A stretch of DNA of 64,000 nt from Alphaproteobacteria bacterium (GCA_965221125.1 CBDCRW010000004.1:128001-192000); one strand, 5' to 3'. Shown: positions 21,748-30,456, counted from the first letter of the stretch. Program-made: numbers and translations. The notes: generated by a model not told the origin, from the sequence alone.

Positions 21748-21938
21748 TCAACCGACGGCGATGGCATAATGCCGGGCGACGGCGACTTCATGATGCAGGG
21801 TTTTGCACGACACGCGTACGCTCTGGTGCACAGGACGGCACTGGAGTTGGAATTCACTCGCTTACGCAGTGTTGACGGCGGGCGATTCCGGGGACCGCGG
21901 TCTCTCGGTTTGCGTCGCGCTATATGTCCTCGTGCGCC

Positions 21939-22010
21939 GCCGTCGGCGGTGGTGTAGGTGCCCTGCCCGTGCGGCCTGCCGCCGCGCCACGCGCCTTCGT
22001 AGCGCTCGCC
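21939..22010 (-). pseudogene. Single MORN-repeat remnant
   Basis: GERYEGAWRGGRPHGQGTYTTADG matches the MORN consensus; the surrounding frame looks non-coding. Confidence 0.55.
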
Positions 22011-22299
22011 CGGACAGGCGTCCCCTTGCCGCGCTGTCGGACTTCTGTTGGTGACCAGACCCTTCGCGCGATGCCGCTCTGAGCGCAGCATCGGCGACCT
22101 CCCCGTGTGGAACATACAGAGGACAAATGCCCTTTCCATTCGGGTTATCGCGAAACTTTGAGGTCTTTCCCGGTCGTGCTGGGTAGGGCTACAGCACACT
22201 CCAGGGTGCTCTTGACCTCTGAGATCTCTAAAGTCCGATATTTTATATGCAAAAATGTTATAGTTGCTTAGGGGGCTTCTTCCTCTACATTTGTTCTCC

Positions 22300-22475
22300 A
22301 TGAGCATATCGCTGCACAACGACGGCATTGCCCCGAGCAGCCGCCAGGCGCTGATCGACAACATCAAGACGTACATCGCTCGCGAGCGGCTCTCGCGTCG
22401 TGCCTTCGGCGCGGCCGCACTCGGCGACGCGTCCTTCCTTGGCCGGCTCGGCCGGGGCTCGGACGTGCGCCTCGG
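22300..22475 (+). pseudogene. 5' part of a tandem Cro-like + HTH_17 regulator gene split by the transposon
   Basis: MSISL...RRAFGAAALGDASFLGRLGRGSDVRL joins in frame with 27102-27669 once the element and one TSD copy are removed. Confidence 0.88.
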
Positions 22476-22880
22476 TGTTGTTTCGCACGTTATTTGACGC
22501 CGAATCTCCCAGATTATTTGACGTGATCGCTGCCCTGATTTCCCAGATTGCTCGGTCTTTTCCGGATCGAAGCGTAGGAGCTCATGGTCTCTGCGGGCGG
22601 TCCGGGGTCGCTGTCTGATTGAGGTTTGGACTGGTGCTTGAGGAGAGCTGACGAGGTGTCGCGCGGCCGTCGGCGCGTCAAGCGGCTGCGCCGCTCCTGC
22701 GCTTCGCTTCGGCCCTTCGGGTGACTCGCCACCGTCCACACGACGAAGTGCTGCCATGGCCTGAAGCAAGCTTCCGGCCACGGACTGGCCGCTCACCTGA
22801 CGTAGTATCCCGGTGGAGGCGCAGCGCCTTCCGGACCGTTGGGGAAGGGTGGTTCCCGACGGCGGTTCCGGCTCGAACCC

Positions 22881-23921
22881 CTAGGCGTTGGCGGAACCGG
22901 GCTCCGGGAACCGCGGGGCCTGCGGCCGACTGCTGCCGTTGGCGGCGGCGGCCGCCGCCCGCTTGTCCGCTGCGCCTGCGACGACGCTGTAGCCGCCCTC
23001 GGCGTTGCGCGCGACGCGACCCTCCTGGACGAGCTTTTGCAAGATTACGCCGACGGTCTTGTGCCGGGTCGCGGCGCGTTCCCGGATCTGGCGTTGCGAG
23101 AGCGGCGCCCCGGCGTCGGCGAGCGCCTTGAGAACGCGGCATTCGGGTGTTTCGGGCTGAGGCGCCCCGCCGCCGGCCGTGGGCGGCTGGCGCAGCCGGA
23201 AGGAGGGCTCCTCTCCGTCTTCCTTGAGCTCGATCTCGATGTCGTCGAGACCGCGTGCGGCGCGATGCTCGACGGTCATGAGGGTCTGCCGGTCCCGGCG
23301 GCGCAGGTAGAGGTTCGAGTCCCCCCAGGCGTGCAGCTCACTGCTGCCCCGCAGGGCCTGCCCCGGCCTCGTGGCCCCGCTCTTGCGGGCGTGGTGGACG
23401 AGGAGGACGGCGGTCTCGAAGCGGCGTTGCAGGTCGCGCAGGAAGCCGAGGATCGGGGCGACGTCCGCAACCGTGTTCTCGTCCACGCCGTGCAGGCGGA
23501 CCAGGGGGTCGAGGACCACGAGGCGCGGTGCGATGCGCTCCACGGTCTGCTGCAGGCGGCGGCGGTCGTCGAGATGGTCGAGGCGCAGTGTGGGCACGTC
23601 GATGACGGCGATGTCGAGGGTCTCGAAGCGGGCGCCTGCGGCGCGGGCGATCCCCTGCAGGCGCTTGCGCACGAGGTGGCCGGCGTCTTCTGCGGCGAAC
23701 AGCAGGACCGGGCCAGGCCGGGCCGGGGCGAAGTGCCGCAGGCATGGGACGCCGGCGGCGACTGCGACCGCGAGGTCCAGCGCCAGGATGGACTTGCCGC
23801 ACTTCGGCTCGCCGCCGACGATGCCGACGGCCTGCTCGCCCCATAGCGTGTCCACCAGCCATTGCTGCTCGCGCGGCCGCTCCTCCAGCTCGATCGGGGC
23901 GCGGGTCGGGAAGCCGGTCAT
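22881..23921 (-). CDS. RecA-fold AAA_25 / RepA-like (SF4 helicase-type) ATPase with C-terminal winged helix
   Basis: WLVDTLW, Walker A GEPKCGKS, AAED, Walker B VVLDP, DEN, LVHH.RK, LRGSS, C-terminal LSQRQIRE...LQKLVQEGRV. ATGA overlap with the upstream gene. Confidence 0.85.
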   Translation of the reverse strand: MTGFPTRAPIELEERPREQQWLVDTLWGEQAVGIVGGEPKCGKSILALDLAVAVAAGVPCLRHFAPARPGPVLLFAAEDAGHLVRKRLQGIARAAGARFETLDIAVIDVPTLRLDHLDDRRRLQQTVERIAPRLVVLDPLVRLHGVDENTVADVAPILGFLRDLQRRFETAVLLVHHARKSGATRPGQALRGSSELHAWGDSNLYLRRRDRQTLMTVEHRAARGLDDIEIELKEDGEEPSFRLRQPPTAGGGAPQPETPECRVLKALADAGAPLSQRQIRERAATRHKTVGVILQKLVQEGRVARNAEGGYSVVAGAADKRAAAAAANGSSRPQAPRFPEPGSANA

Positions 23922-24718
23922 GGCCGCAGTTCCTCGAGCGCGTGCTGCAGGTGGTCGGCACTGACGGTCCTCGCCTCGTCGAGAGCGGCGGCGGAGAGCG
24001 CGTAGTGGGCGATGCGGTTGATCTGGCGCGGCAGGCCGCGCGCGCCCTGGAACAGGGCCTCGACGGCGGGCTCTTCGAACAGCGGCAGTTCGCATCCCGC
24101 GAGCCTGAGGCGGTGCTTGATGTAAGCGTCGACCTCGTCGCGGTCGAGACCGCTCAGGTGGTGGCGGACGACGAGGCGCTGGCTGAGGGATTCGTGCATG
24201 GCCATGGCCAGGCGGCGCCTGAGCTCGGTCAGACCGACGAGGACGAGGCACAGGCGCTGCTCTGCATCCATGGCGAAGTTGGTGAGCAGGCGCAGGTCCT
24301 CAAGGACGTCGTTGCGCAGATGATGGGCCTCGTCGATGACGAGGACCGGCAGCTGCTTGGCCTCGGTGACGAGGCGGGAGATCTCGTTTCGGATGGCCTG
24401 ATAGGCCGAGGCGCGGGAGCGCTCGATGGGCAGGCCGATCTCCCACGCGATCGCCTTGTACATGTCGAGCACGTTGCCCGTGGTCAGCGAGACGTAGTGG
24501 ACCCGGTAGAGGCCTGGATGAAGCTGCGCGGTCAGATGCCGGCACACGGTGGTCTTGCCGGAGCCCACCTCGCCGGTGAGCAGGCCGATGCCGCGCAGGT
24601 CGATGAGGTGGCCGAGCCTGGCCTCGGCCTCGCGGCGCGCGTTGGACTCGAACAGCTCGTCGGTCTCTGCCGGGGTCTCGAAGGGCAGGCGGGTGAAGGC
24701 GAAGTGGCGCAGGTACAT
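23918..24718 (-). CDS. ExeA/TnsC-like AAA+ ATPase (transposition helper)
   Basis: MYLRHFAFTRLPF, GEVGSGKT, VIDEAHHL, LVGL.EL, G.PRQIN. TGATG overlap with the transposase gene. Confidence 0.9.
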   Translation of the reverse strand: MYLRHFAFTRLPFETPAETDELFESNARREAEARLGHLIDLRGIGLLTGEVGSGKTTVCRHLTAQLHPGLYRVHYVSLTTGNVLDMYKAIAWEIGLPIERSRASAYQAIRNEISRLVTEAKQLPVLVIDEAHHLRNDVLEDLRLLTNFAMDAEQRLCLVLVGLTELRRRLAMAMHESLSQRLVVRHHLSGLDRDEVDAYIKHRLRLAGCELPLFEEPAVEALFQGARGLPRQINRIAHYALSAAALDEARTVSADHLQHALEELRP

Positions 24719-26046
24719 CACTCGTCCTCCTTCTTGTCCTTGAGGTTGCGCATGGCCAGCGGCGAGGGCGGAGGCTCGGGCGCCGGATCTTCGGCCTCGA
24801 TCTCCCTGGCCGGGTAGGTGCGCCTGACGGCGGTATTGGCGTAGGCGTCGAGAGGGCTGGCCTTGCCGGCCGGCTTGCCGTCATGGACCACGTCGAGAGG
24901 GCGCGAGGGCGGCGCGGCCGGGTCGTAGCGCAGGATGACGTTCTGACCCACCAGGAGGGCGTCGACCTCGTAGACGCGGCCGTTCAGACTAACGGTGCGG
25001 TCCTTGTAGACACGGCGCCTGGCCTCGAAGAGGAACAGATCGTCGAGGTCCATGGTGGCGTCGGGATAGCGCACGCCGGCCGAGGCCAGCGCCCACTGCT
25101 CAAGCGGGGTGCGCCCCTCGTCGAGGCCACGATGCGGGCTGTTGTGATACTCCCCCTCGATCCAGGCCCAGAGGCTGCGGTTGAGCGCCTCCAGGCTGTC
25201 GACGTCATCGCCGAGGTGGCGGAGCCAGCCGGCCCGGAGGGTGCGGAAGAAGCGCTCGATCTTACCCTTTCCCGCTGGCTGGAACGCCCTTGCGTGAATC
25301 AACGCAACGCCGAGCCTGGCGCAGACCAGGGAGAGATGACGGGAGCGGTAGGCGCTTCCGTTGTCGACGTACAAGCGGGCCGGGAGGCCGCGCCGGATCA
25401 GCGCGTCCTTGAACACCGGCAGGAACGCCGCAGTGTTCTCCGCCATGGCGAAGGCGGCGAACGGGATGACGCGGGTGGCGTCGTCGATGAAGGCGATCAG
25501 GTAGGTCTTGCGCCGGGTTCGGCCGTGCCGGACCTTGGGTCCGTGCATGACGTCGCTCATCCACATCTCGCCGGCATGCCGGAAGGCGAAGCGGCGGCGA
25601 TCCGCCCCGTCGGGCGGCTTCTTGTCGAACAGGCCCTCGCGGCTGAAGAGGCGGTGCACGGTGGACGAGGCGAGCGGGTGGTCGATACCCTCCTCCTTGA
25701 CCTTCTGGATGATGGCGCGAACCGACAATGCGTCGTTCTCGGTCTTCAGCGCGATGAGGCGCTCGGCGACCTCGGGCGGCAGCCGCCGGGGCTTCCCCCG
25801 GTCGGTGCGGGGCTTGGGGTAGAGCGCGTCGAAGCCGCCGTAGCGGTAGTCCTTGATCCAGCGCCGCATGGTCTCGGCGGCGACCCGGGTCCTGGTGGTT
25901 CCGGGGATCGTGTAGGTCTTCTCGGCTTTGGCGCGCATCATCGCGCCGGCACCCGGTGCACCCACGGGCAGATGCACCAGATCGGCGATGACGTCGTATC
26001 GGAAGAGCGCGATCTGTTGGCGAAGGTCGTCGTCTGAGCTGTTCAT
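24718..26046 (-). CDS. DDE transposase (rve core plus Mu-transposase-like C-terminal domain)
   Basis: IALFRY N-terminus, HTH TMRRWIKDYR, WMSD (D1), YVDNGS (D2), GKIERFF (E), YHNSPH, RRVYKDRTVSLNG.YEV. Confidence 0.93.
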   Translation of the reverse strand: MNSSDDDLRQQIALFRYDVIADLVHLPVGAPGAGAMMRAKAEKTYTIPGTTRTRVAAETMRRWIKDYRYGGFDALYPKPRTDRGKPRRLPPEVAERLIALKTENDALSVRAIIQKVKEEGIDHPLASSTVHRLFSREGLFDKKPPDGADRRRFAFRHAGEMWMSDVMHGPKVRHGRTRRKTYLIAFIDDATRVIPFAAFAMAENTAAFLPVFKDALIRRGLPARLYVDNGSAYRSRHLSLVCARLGVALIHARAFQPAGKGKIERFFRTLRAGWLRHLGDDVDSLEALNRSLWAWIEGEYHNSPHRGLDEGRTPLEQWALASAGVRYPDATMDLDDLFLFEARRRVYKDRTVSLNGRVYEVDALLVGQNVILRYDPAAPPSRPLDVVHDGKPAGKASPLDAYANTAVRRTYPAREIEAEDPAPEPPPSPLAMRNLKDKKEDE

Positions 26047-26091
26047 GGTGCGATCCTCGTTCAGGGACTCCCTGGCCCCGGGATCGTCACG

Positions 26092-26727
26092 CTACGAACT
26101 CTCCGGCGGCGGGTCCGGCCCCGCCCGTTGTTGGAACTGCGGTTTGCGATTCCCCACGTCGATGCCGTGGGGTTGGAAGCCCAGAGGCGCGGGTAGCGTC
26201 CGGAGCTGCCCGGCGACCAGGCCGCGCAGTTCCATCAACGCGCTGTCGCTCTTCAGACGCTCGCGCACCGCGCTCATGGTGGGCGCGCAGCCCGCGAGCA
26301 GGTCGGGGATCAGGCCGATGACGCGCACAAGCGCGTCGTGCACAAGCTTCAGCCTGCGGCGGATCCAACGCACGGCGCCGGGAAGCTCGATGGCGTCCTC
26401 GTCCTCGGGGCAGCGCACCTCGTCCGCTGCCTCCTCCAGGCTGCCGGCCTCCTCCGCCACGACAACAACCGCTTCCAGCGCATCGAGCGTGCCCGGCAGC
26501 CGCGCCGCCAGACAGTCGGCCAGCAGGCCGATGGTCGTATGGCTCTCACGGCAATACCAGCGAGGAACCCTTGCGCCGGGCGGGGTCTTCCGCTCGTAGG
26601 TGCCGTGGCTTGCCACAGAACATCCGCCGTGCGGGTGATTCGGGCAGCGCTCAAGCCTTGCGTCGCGCCACGCCTCGGTCTTAACGTATTCCTCGCTGGT
26701 GAGCCCCGTTTCGTAGCGAAGCTGCAC
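26092..26727 (-). CDS. Transposon-associated Cys/His (putative Zn-binding) protein
   Basis: CPNHPHGGC...HGTYER...RWYCRESH..LLADCLA, then an HTH-like segment. First gene of the element operon, GTG start. Confidence 0.75.
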   Translation of the reverse strand: MQLRYETGLTSEEYVKTEAWRDARLERCPNHPHGGCSVASHGTYERKTPPGARVPRWYCRESHTTIGLLADCLAARLPGTLDALEAVVVVAEEAGSLEEAADEVRCPEDEDAIELPGAVRWIRRRLKLVHDALVRVIGLIPDLLAGCAPTMSAVRERLKSDSALMELRGLVAGQLRTLPAPLGFQPHGIDVGNRKPQFQQRAGPDPPPESS

Positions 26728-26738
26728 CGGCCCTGGCC

Positions 26739-26950
26739 CGGCGGGAGTTCCGTCCCCCGGGCCTCTCTTTGTCGTTCAGTGAGAGGCCAAGATTACGGAC
26801 GCTCCCCGCCGCCGCCAAGCTGTGGAGCCGTGGACGCGTCCTGCGGACCGATCGGCGTCCTGCGGACCGTGTGGACAGCCCGTGGACAAGCTGGCGCTTG
26901 CCCACCGCCTGACCACACTCGCCGATCTCGCGCCCACCGCTCCACAGCTT
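26739..26950 (-). ncRNA. Putative structured non-coding leader of the transposon
   Basis: Two adjacent nested stem-loop domains (26739-26811 and 26817-26950; outer stem 20/22 complementary). Transcription not demonstrated. Confidence 0.4.
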
Positions 26951-27101
26951 CAACAGCAATGAGGATTCTGCTGAGGATCAAAAAAATGCCGCAGGCAGCG
27001 TCCTTCCCGCACTCGGCCACCATCCCGGGAAATCCACCAACCAATCAAAGTGAGAAAAAAACCCGTGCTTCTATCCGGCTAGACCGGAAAACAACACTCG
27101 G

Positions 27102-27669
27102 CACTGCGGACAAGGTGCTGGCCTACATGAACCTGGAGCCCATCGGCCCCCGCTTCCTGCAGGAGGTCGAGGCCTTCCTCGAGGTGACCGGCATAAAGCC
27201 GCACGTCCTGGGCGAACAGGCGCTGGGAGATCCCAGCTTCGTGCTCCGGCTGGAGCAGGGAAGATCCCCGATGCTCGGCACAGTCGACAAGGTGGGTGCG
27301 TGGATGGCGGACAACGCGAGCGCGGCGGAGCTCGAGGCGGTGCGGGCCGCAGTCGAGGACGCCTCGCCCGCCGTTCCGTTCGATGCGGCAGGACGGGAAG
27401 AGACGGAGGAGGAGGAGACTCACTACATGAGCACGCGTCAAGTGGCGGCGTACCTGGGACTGAGCCCACGCACACTGGAGAACTACCGGTGTCGCGGTGG
27501 GGGCCCGCCTTTCCACGTCTTCGGCGGCGCGGTGCGCTATCTGCTGTCCGACGTGGTGAACTGGGCGTCGAAGCGGCGCAGGCGTTCGACCTCCGACGAC
27601 GGGGTGCGGAGCGCGATCCCGAAAGACAGAGGGCACGCTTTAGATGGGGCTACCTCGTTTTCCGATTGA
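27102..27669 (+). pseudogene. 3' part of the split tandem Cro-like + HTH_17 regulator gene
   Basis: TADKVLAYM...ALGDPSFVLRLEQGRSPMLGTVDKV...YMSTRQVAAYLGLSPRTLENYRCRGGGPPF...VRY. Confidence 0.88.
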
Positions 27670-27677
27670 CCACGCCG

Positions 27678-28409
27678 TCAGACGGTGTCGGCCAATCTTC
27701 GCCCGAGCCTCGCCTTCGCCCACACCTCGAGATCGAAGCGCGCGTACAACACTCGACGCCCGAACTTGTGGAACCCAGGTCCCTCGCCGGTGACCCGGTA
27801 GCTCTCGAGCGTTTTGGACGAGAGCCCGACGACGGTCGCAGCCTCGCGCGGGGTGAGAAAGGTCCGCTCATCGATCTTCGGGATCTGCTCGTCGTCGTCG
27901 GTCCATGGTGGGAACGCTGCGCCAAGCCCGTAGGGCGGGACCGTGACATCGCTTGCGAGCAGCCACGCGATACCGGTGCGTTGGAAATCGTCCGCAGCGG
28001 TGTGCATCCAGAACCTCACCCGCGCAACTCTGTCGAGCGTCGGCGATGCTCCGCTTCGGAGCTCCCGCACGAACGAGGATTTTCCGACCGCCCTGGTCCC
28101 GACCAGGGTCGGGCTGGTCCTGGTGACGATGAGGAACGCCTCGACCTCCCGCCGGAACCTCGGACCGATGGGGGCGATGTCCATGAAGCGGAGCACCCGG
28201 TCGACAGTGTCGAGACCCGGCGAAGCACCGTCATTCAGGTCCGGGACGAACTCGGGATCATCGAGCGCGAGCTCGCCGAGCCTCCTGTCGCTCATCTTGG
28301 AACGCTTGAGATACTCCGAGATGGCGTCCCGAAACGCGGCGTCGATCACGGTCCTCTGCCCGGTCTCCAGCGATGGACCGGGCCGGCGCCGGCCCGAACG
28401 CACGGGCAT
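27678..28409 (-). CDS. Tandem Cro-like domains + HTH_17 (excisionase-like) protein, intact paralog
   Basis: Two repeats of ALDDPEFV.DL..GASP.LDTVDRV..FM, then FLTPREAA..VGLSSKTLESYR..GEGP.F.K.GRRVLY. Start uncertain. Confidence 0.8.
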   Translation of the reverse strand: MPVRSGRRRPGPSLETGQRTVIDAAFRDAISEYLKRSKMSDRRLGELALDDPEFVPDLNDGASPGLDTVDRVLRFMDIAPIGPRFRREVEAFLIVTRTSPTLVGTRAVGKSSFVRELRSGASPTLDRVARVRFWMHTAADDFQRTGIAWLLASDVTVPPYGLGAAFPPWTDDDEQIPKIDERTFLTPREAATVVGLSSKTLESYRVTGEGPGFHKFGRRVLYARFDLEVWAKARLGRRLADTV

Positions 28410-28473
28410 TCGGAATTCATGCGACACCGTCAGCTGTCCCGGCGGCACCGATCCTGACACGACATCGCCCCGA

Positions 28474-28728
28474 TCAGAGCGCGTCCGGCTGGCCGGTATG
28501 GAACTGGCCGGTGTGGTGATAGCGTTGCCCGGCCGCCCAATCGGCGAGGTCGGCCAGCGCGTAGACGATGGAAGTGCCGAACATGTAATAGGCGGGCCCA
28601 CCCCCACGTATCCGGTAGCGGCGGAGGGACTCTGTGCTCACGCGCAGGATGGCGGCCGCCTCGCGGGGTTTCACGAACTCCGGCAGGATGCCGTCATGCA
28701 CGGCCTGAGTCTCGTCCCGAGTCTCCAT
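28474..28728 (-). CDS. Stand-alone HTH_17/excisionase-like DNA-binding protein
   Basis: FVKPREAAAILRVSTESLRRYRIRGGGPAY....IVY...DLADW. Confidence 0.75.
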   Translation of the reverse strand: METRDETQAVHDGILPEFVKPREAAAILRVSTESLRRYRIRGGGPAYYMFGTSIVYALADLADWAAGQRYHHTGQFHTGQPDAL

Positions 28729-29388
28729 CTTCGTCACCGCCGTCGCACCGAAACGGGGACGGGGACCGGGGATGTCGAAGCGTGCCGCCGGTCGACGACC
28801 GGGCCCGATCGCCCCTCCGGCGGTGTCGAGCGGTGGAGCCGCCCTGGTTCGAACCGGACGCTCACGATCATCATCGGCCACGTTCCTCCCCAACTGCCGA
28901 GCGTGCAGTCCGCCCCGCCGGGCGACGACGCCAAACGGCTCCTGGCCACGGCCCGTCTGTCGGTCGCTCGGTCGCCCTCTGACAGTCTCGGTTAGCAGCC
29001 CGCTGCCGGAAATGGAAATGCCTATTGAAGCCAAATGCATGCCACTGCCGTATGCAGGAATGCGAGCAGGGCAGAGCGATCACGGGGTCTGTCTGATCGA
29101 CCCCGCTCCGGGCAGGTTATCGGATATCTCGTGAGATTCTCACGGATGGGACCGCCTCGGCGGCAGCCGGTGCCCCGCGGCCGGTCGCGCTCGGCCGGGA
29201 GCGGGCTGCGGCATGGTGGTGCCACGAGTCCCCTACGATTATGTGAGACTCGATGTCGCGTTGACGACGAGACCACCGGAGGTTGTGTGAGCGACTGGAA
29301 CAATGTGGGACACCCTTCCGGAACTGGGACGGTTGGCCGTCATCGCCAGCTGGTTTTCTACGGTCACCTTTGGAAAGAAGTCGTGTGT

Positions 29389-29535
29389 AAGGCGCACTTG
29401 CGCAAGGCCGCCGAGCGCACTGTAGAAGGCCTGTGGAAAGCCATCGCCGCATCCTCGAAACCTTCCAGCCCCAGGAATGCCGAAACGATTTCGCTGCCGC
29501 AGGATATGATCCAACCCGATCGGATGACGCTCTAG
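29389..29535 (+). pseudogene. IS630-family transposase 3' remnant with right end
   Basis: KAHLRKAAERTVEGLWKAI, a frameshift, then ILETFQPQECRNDFAAAGYD. Ends ...GCTCTAG. Confidence 0.75.
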
Positions 29536-29578
29536 TCTGAACAGGCTCCGCAAGAGGAAAACAGGGAGGAGGCGAACC

Positions 29579-30394
29579 GTGGTGGATTTTTTCGATCGGA
29601 ACCGCCGGACAGTGGCGGACATGCGCGCGATGAAGGCGAGGGGCGAGAAGATCTCGATGCTCTACGTCCAGACACTGGAGGAAGCGGAGGCGGCGGACCG
29701 GGCCGGCATCGACATGCTCTCGATCGAAGCGCGATTCTTCTCGCCCGAAATGCGCGAGGCGGCGGGGCGATGCTTCGTGCAGGTGGGCCTGCCCTACGGG
29801 CAGTTCGGCGATTACGTGACAGCCGAGGACTACCTGCGGGGGGCGTTCCACTTCGCGCGCATGGGGGGCGATTGCTTCTATTGCTCGGCATCCTTCGACA
29901 TCCAGAAGGTGCTCTGCGACAACCACGTGCCGATCGTGGCCCATGTGGGCTTCGTCCCGGCCCTCGTGACCTGGACCGGATGGCGGGCGGTCGGCAAGAC
30001 GGCAGTCGAGGCGCTGGCCGTCTGGAAGCAGGTGAAGCGGCTGGAAGCGGTCGGCGCCTTTGGCGCAGAGCTGGAGGTGGTGCCCGACCGCGTCGGCGAG
30101 ATGATCTCGAAGAACACCTCGATGCTCATGCTCGGCATGGGCGCGGGCCCTCACGCCGATGCGCAGTACCTCTTCGCCGAGGACGTGCTGGGCCACACCT
30201 CGGGCCACAAGCCGCGGCACGCCAAGACCTACCGGAACTTCGCCGCCGAGTACGAGCGGCTTCAGAACGAGCGCGTCGCCGCCTTCGAGGAATTCATCGC
30301 CGACGTGCGCTCCGGCGCCTACCCTGAGCCCGCGCACATCGTGCCCATCTCGGATGAGGAATTCGAGGCGTTCCTGGCAGGCACGGAGGACTGA
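29579..30394 (+). CDS. PanB-like (ketopantoate hydroxymethyltransferase family), divergent
   Basis: K..GEKISML, AHVGFVP, GWRAVGKT, ELEVVP, GAGPHADAQ, DVLG, PRHAKTY, V.SGAYP. Lacks the TAYD and GDS motifs. Confidence 0.82.
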   Translation: MVDFFDRNRRTVADMRAMKARGEKISMLYVQTLEEAEAADRAGIDMLSIEARFFSPEMREAAGRCFVQVGLPYGQFGDYVTAEDYLRGAFHFARMGGDCFYCSASFDIQKVLCDNHVPIVAHVGFVPALVTWTGWRAVGKTAVEALAVWKQVKRLEAVGAFGAELEVVPDRVGEMISKNTSMLMLGMGAGPHADAQYLFAEDVLGHTSGHKPRHAKTYRNFAAEYERLQNERVAAFEEFIADVRSGAYPEPAHIVPISDEEFEAFLAGTED

Positions 30395-30456
30395 TCGGAT
30401 GTCGAACACGTGGCCGCCGCCGTCACTCGGCGCCGCACGGGCCGGATGGCGCTGAC

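Larger units (their letters stand above)
22476..27096 (-). mobile_element. 4,621-bp four-gene DDE transposon with TGT...ACA ends and 5-bp TSD
   Basis: Ends TGTTGTTT (22476) and AAACAACA (27096). CTCGG is duplicated at 22471-22475 and 27097-27101. Removal restores a continuous ORF. Confidence 0.93.

Noticed and set aside
26836-26869. Tandem 15-mer GCGTCCTGCGGACCG as a mini-CRISPR or guide array
   Set aside because: Only two copies with a 4-nt gap and no cas genes; kept only as part of the structured leader.
26338-27101. N-terminal part of the 443-aa ORF 26338-27669
   Set aside because: Read-through across transposon sequence; the true N-terminus of that gene is at 22300-22475.
22300-29340. 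Prophage, PICI or CAST interpretation of the accessory zone
   Set aside because: No integrase, structural, primase, cas or recognisable tniQ genes, and no convincing att pair.
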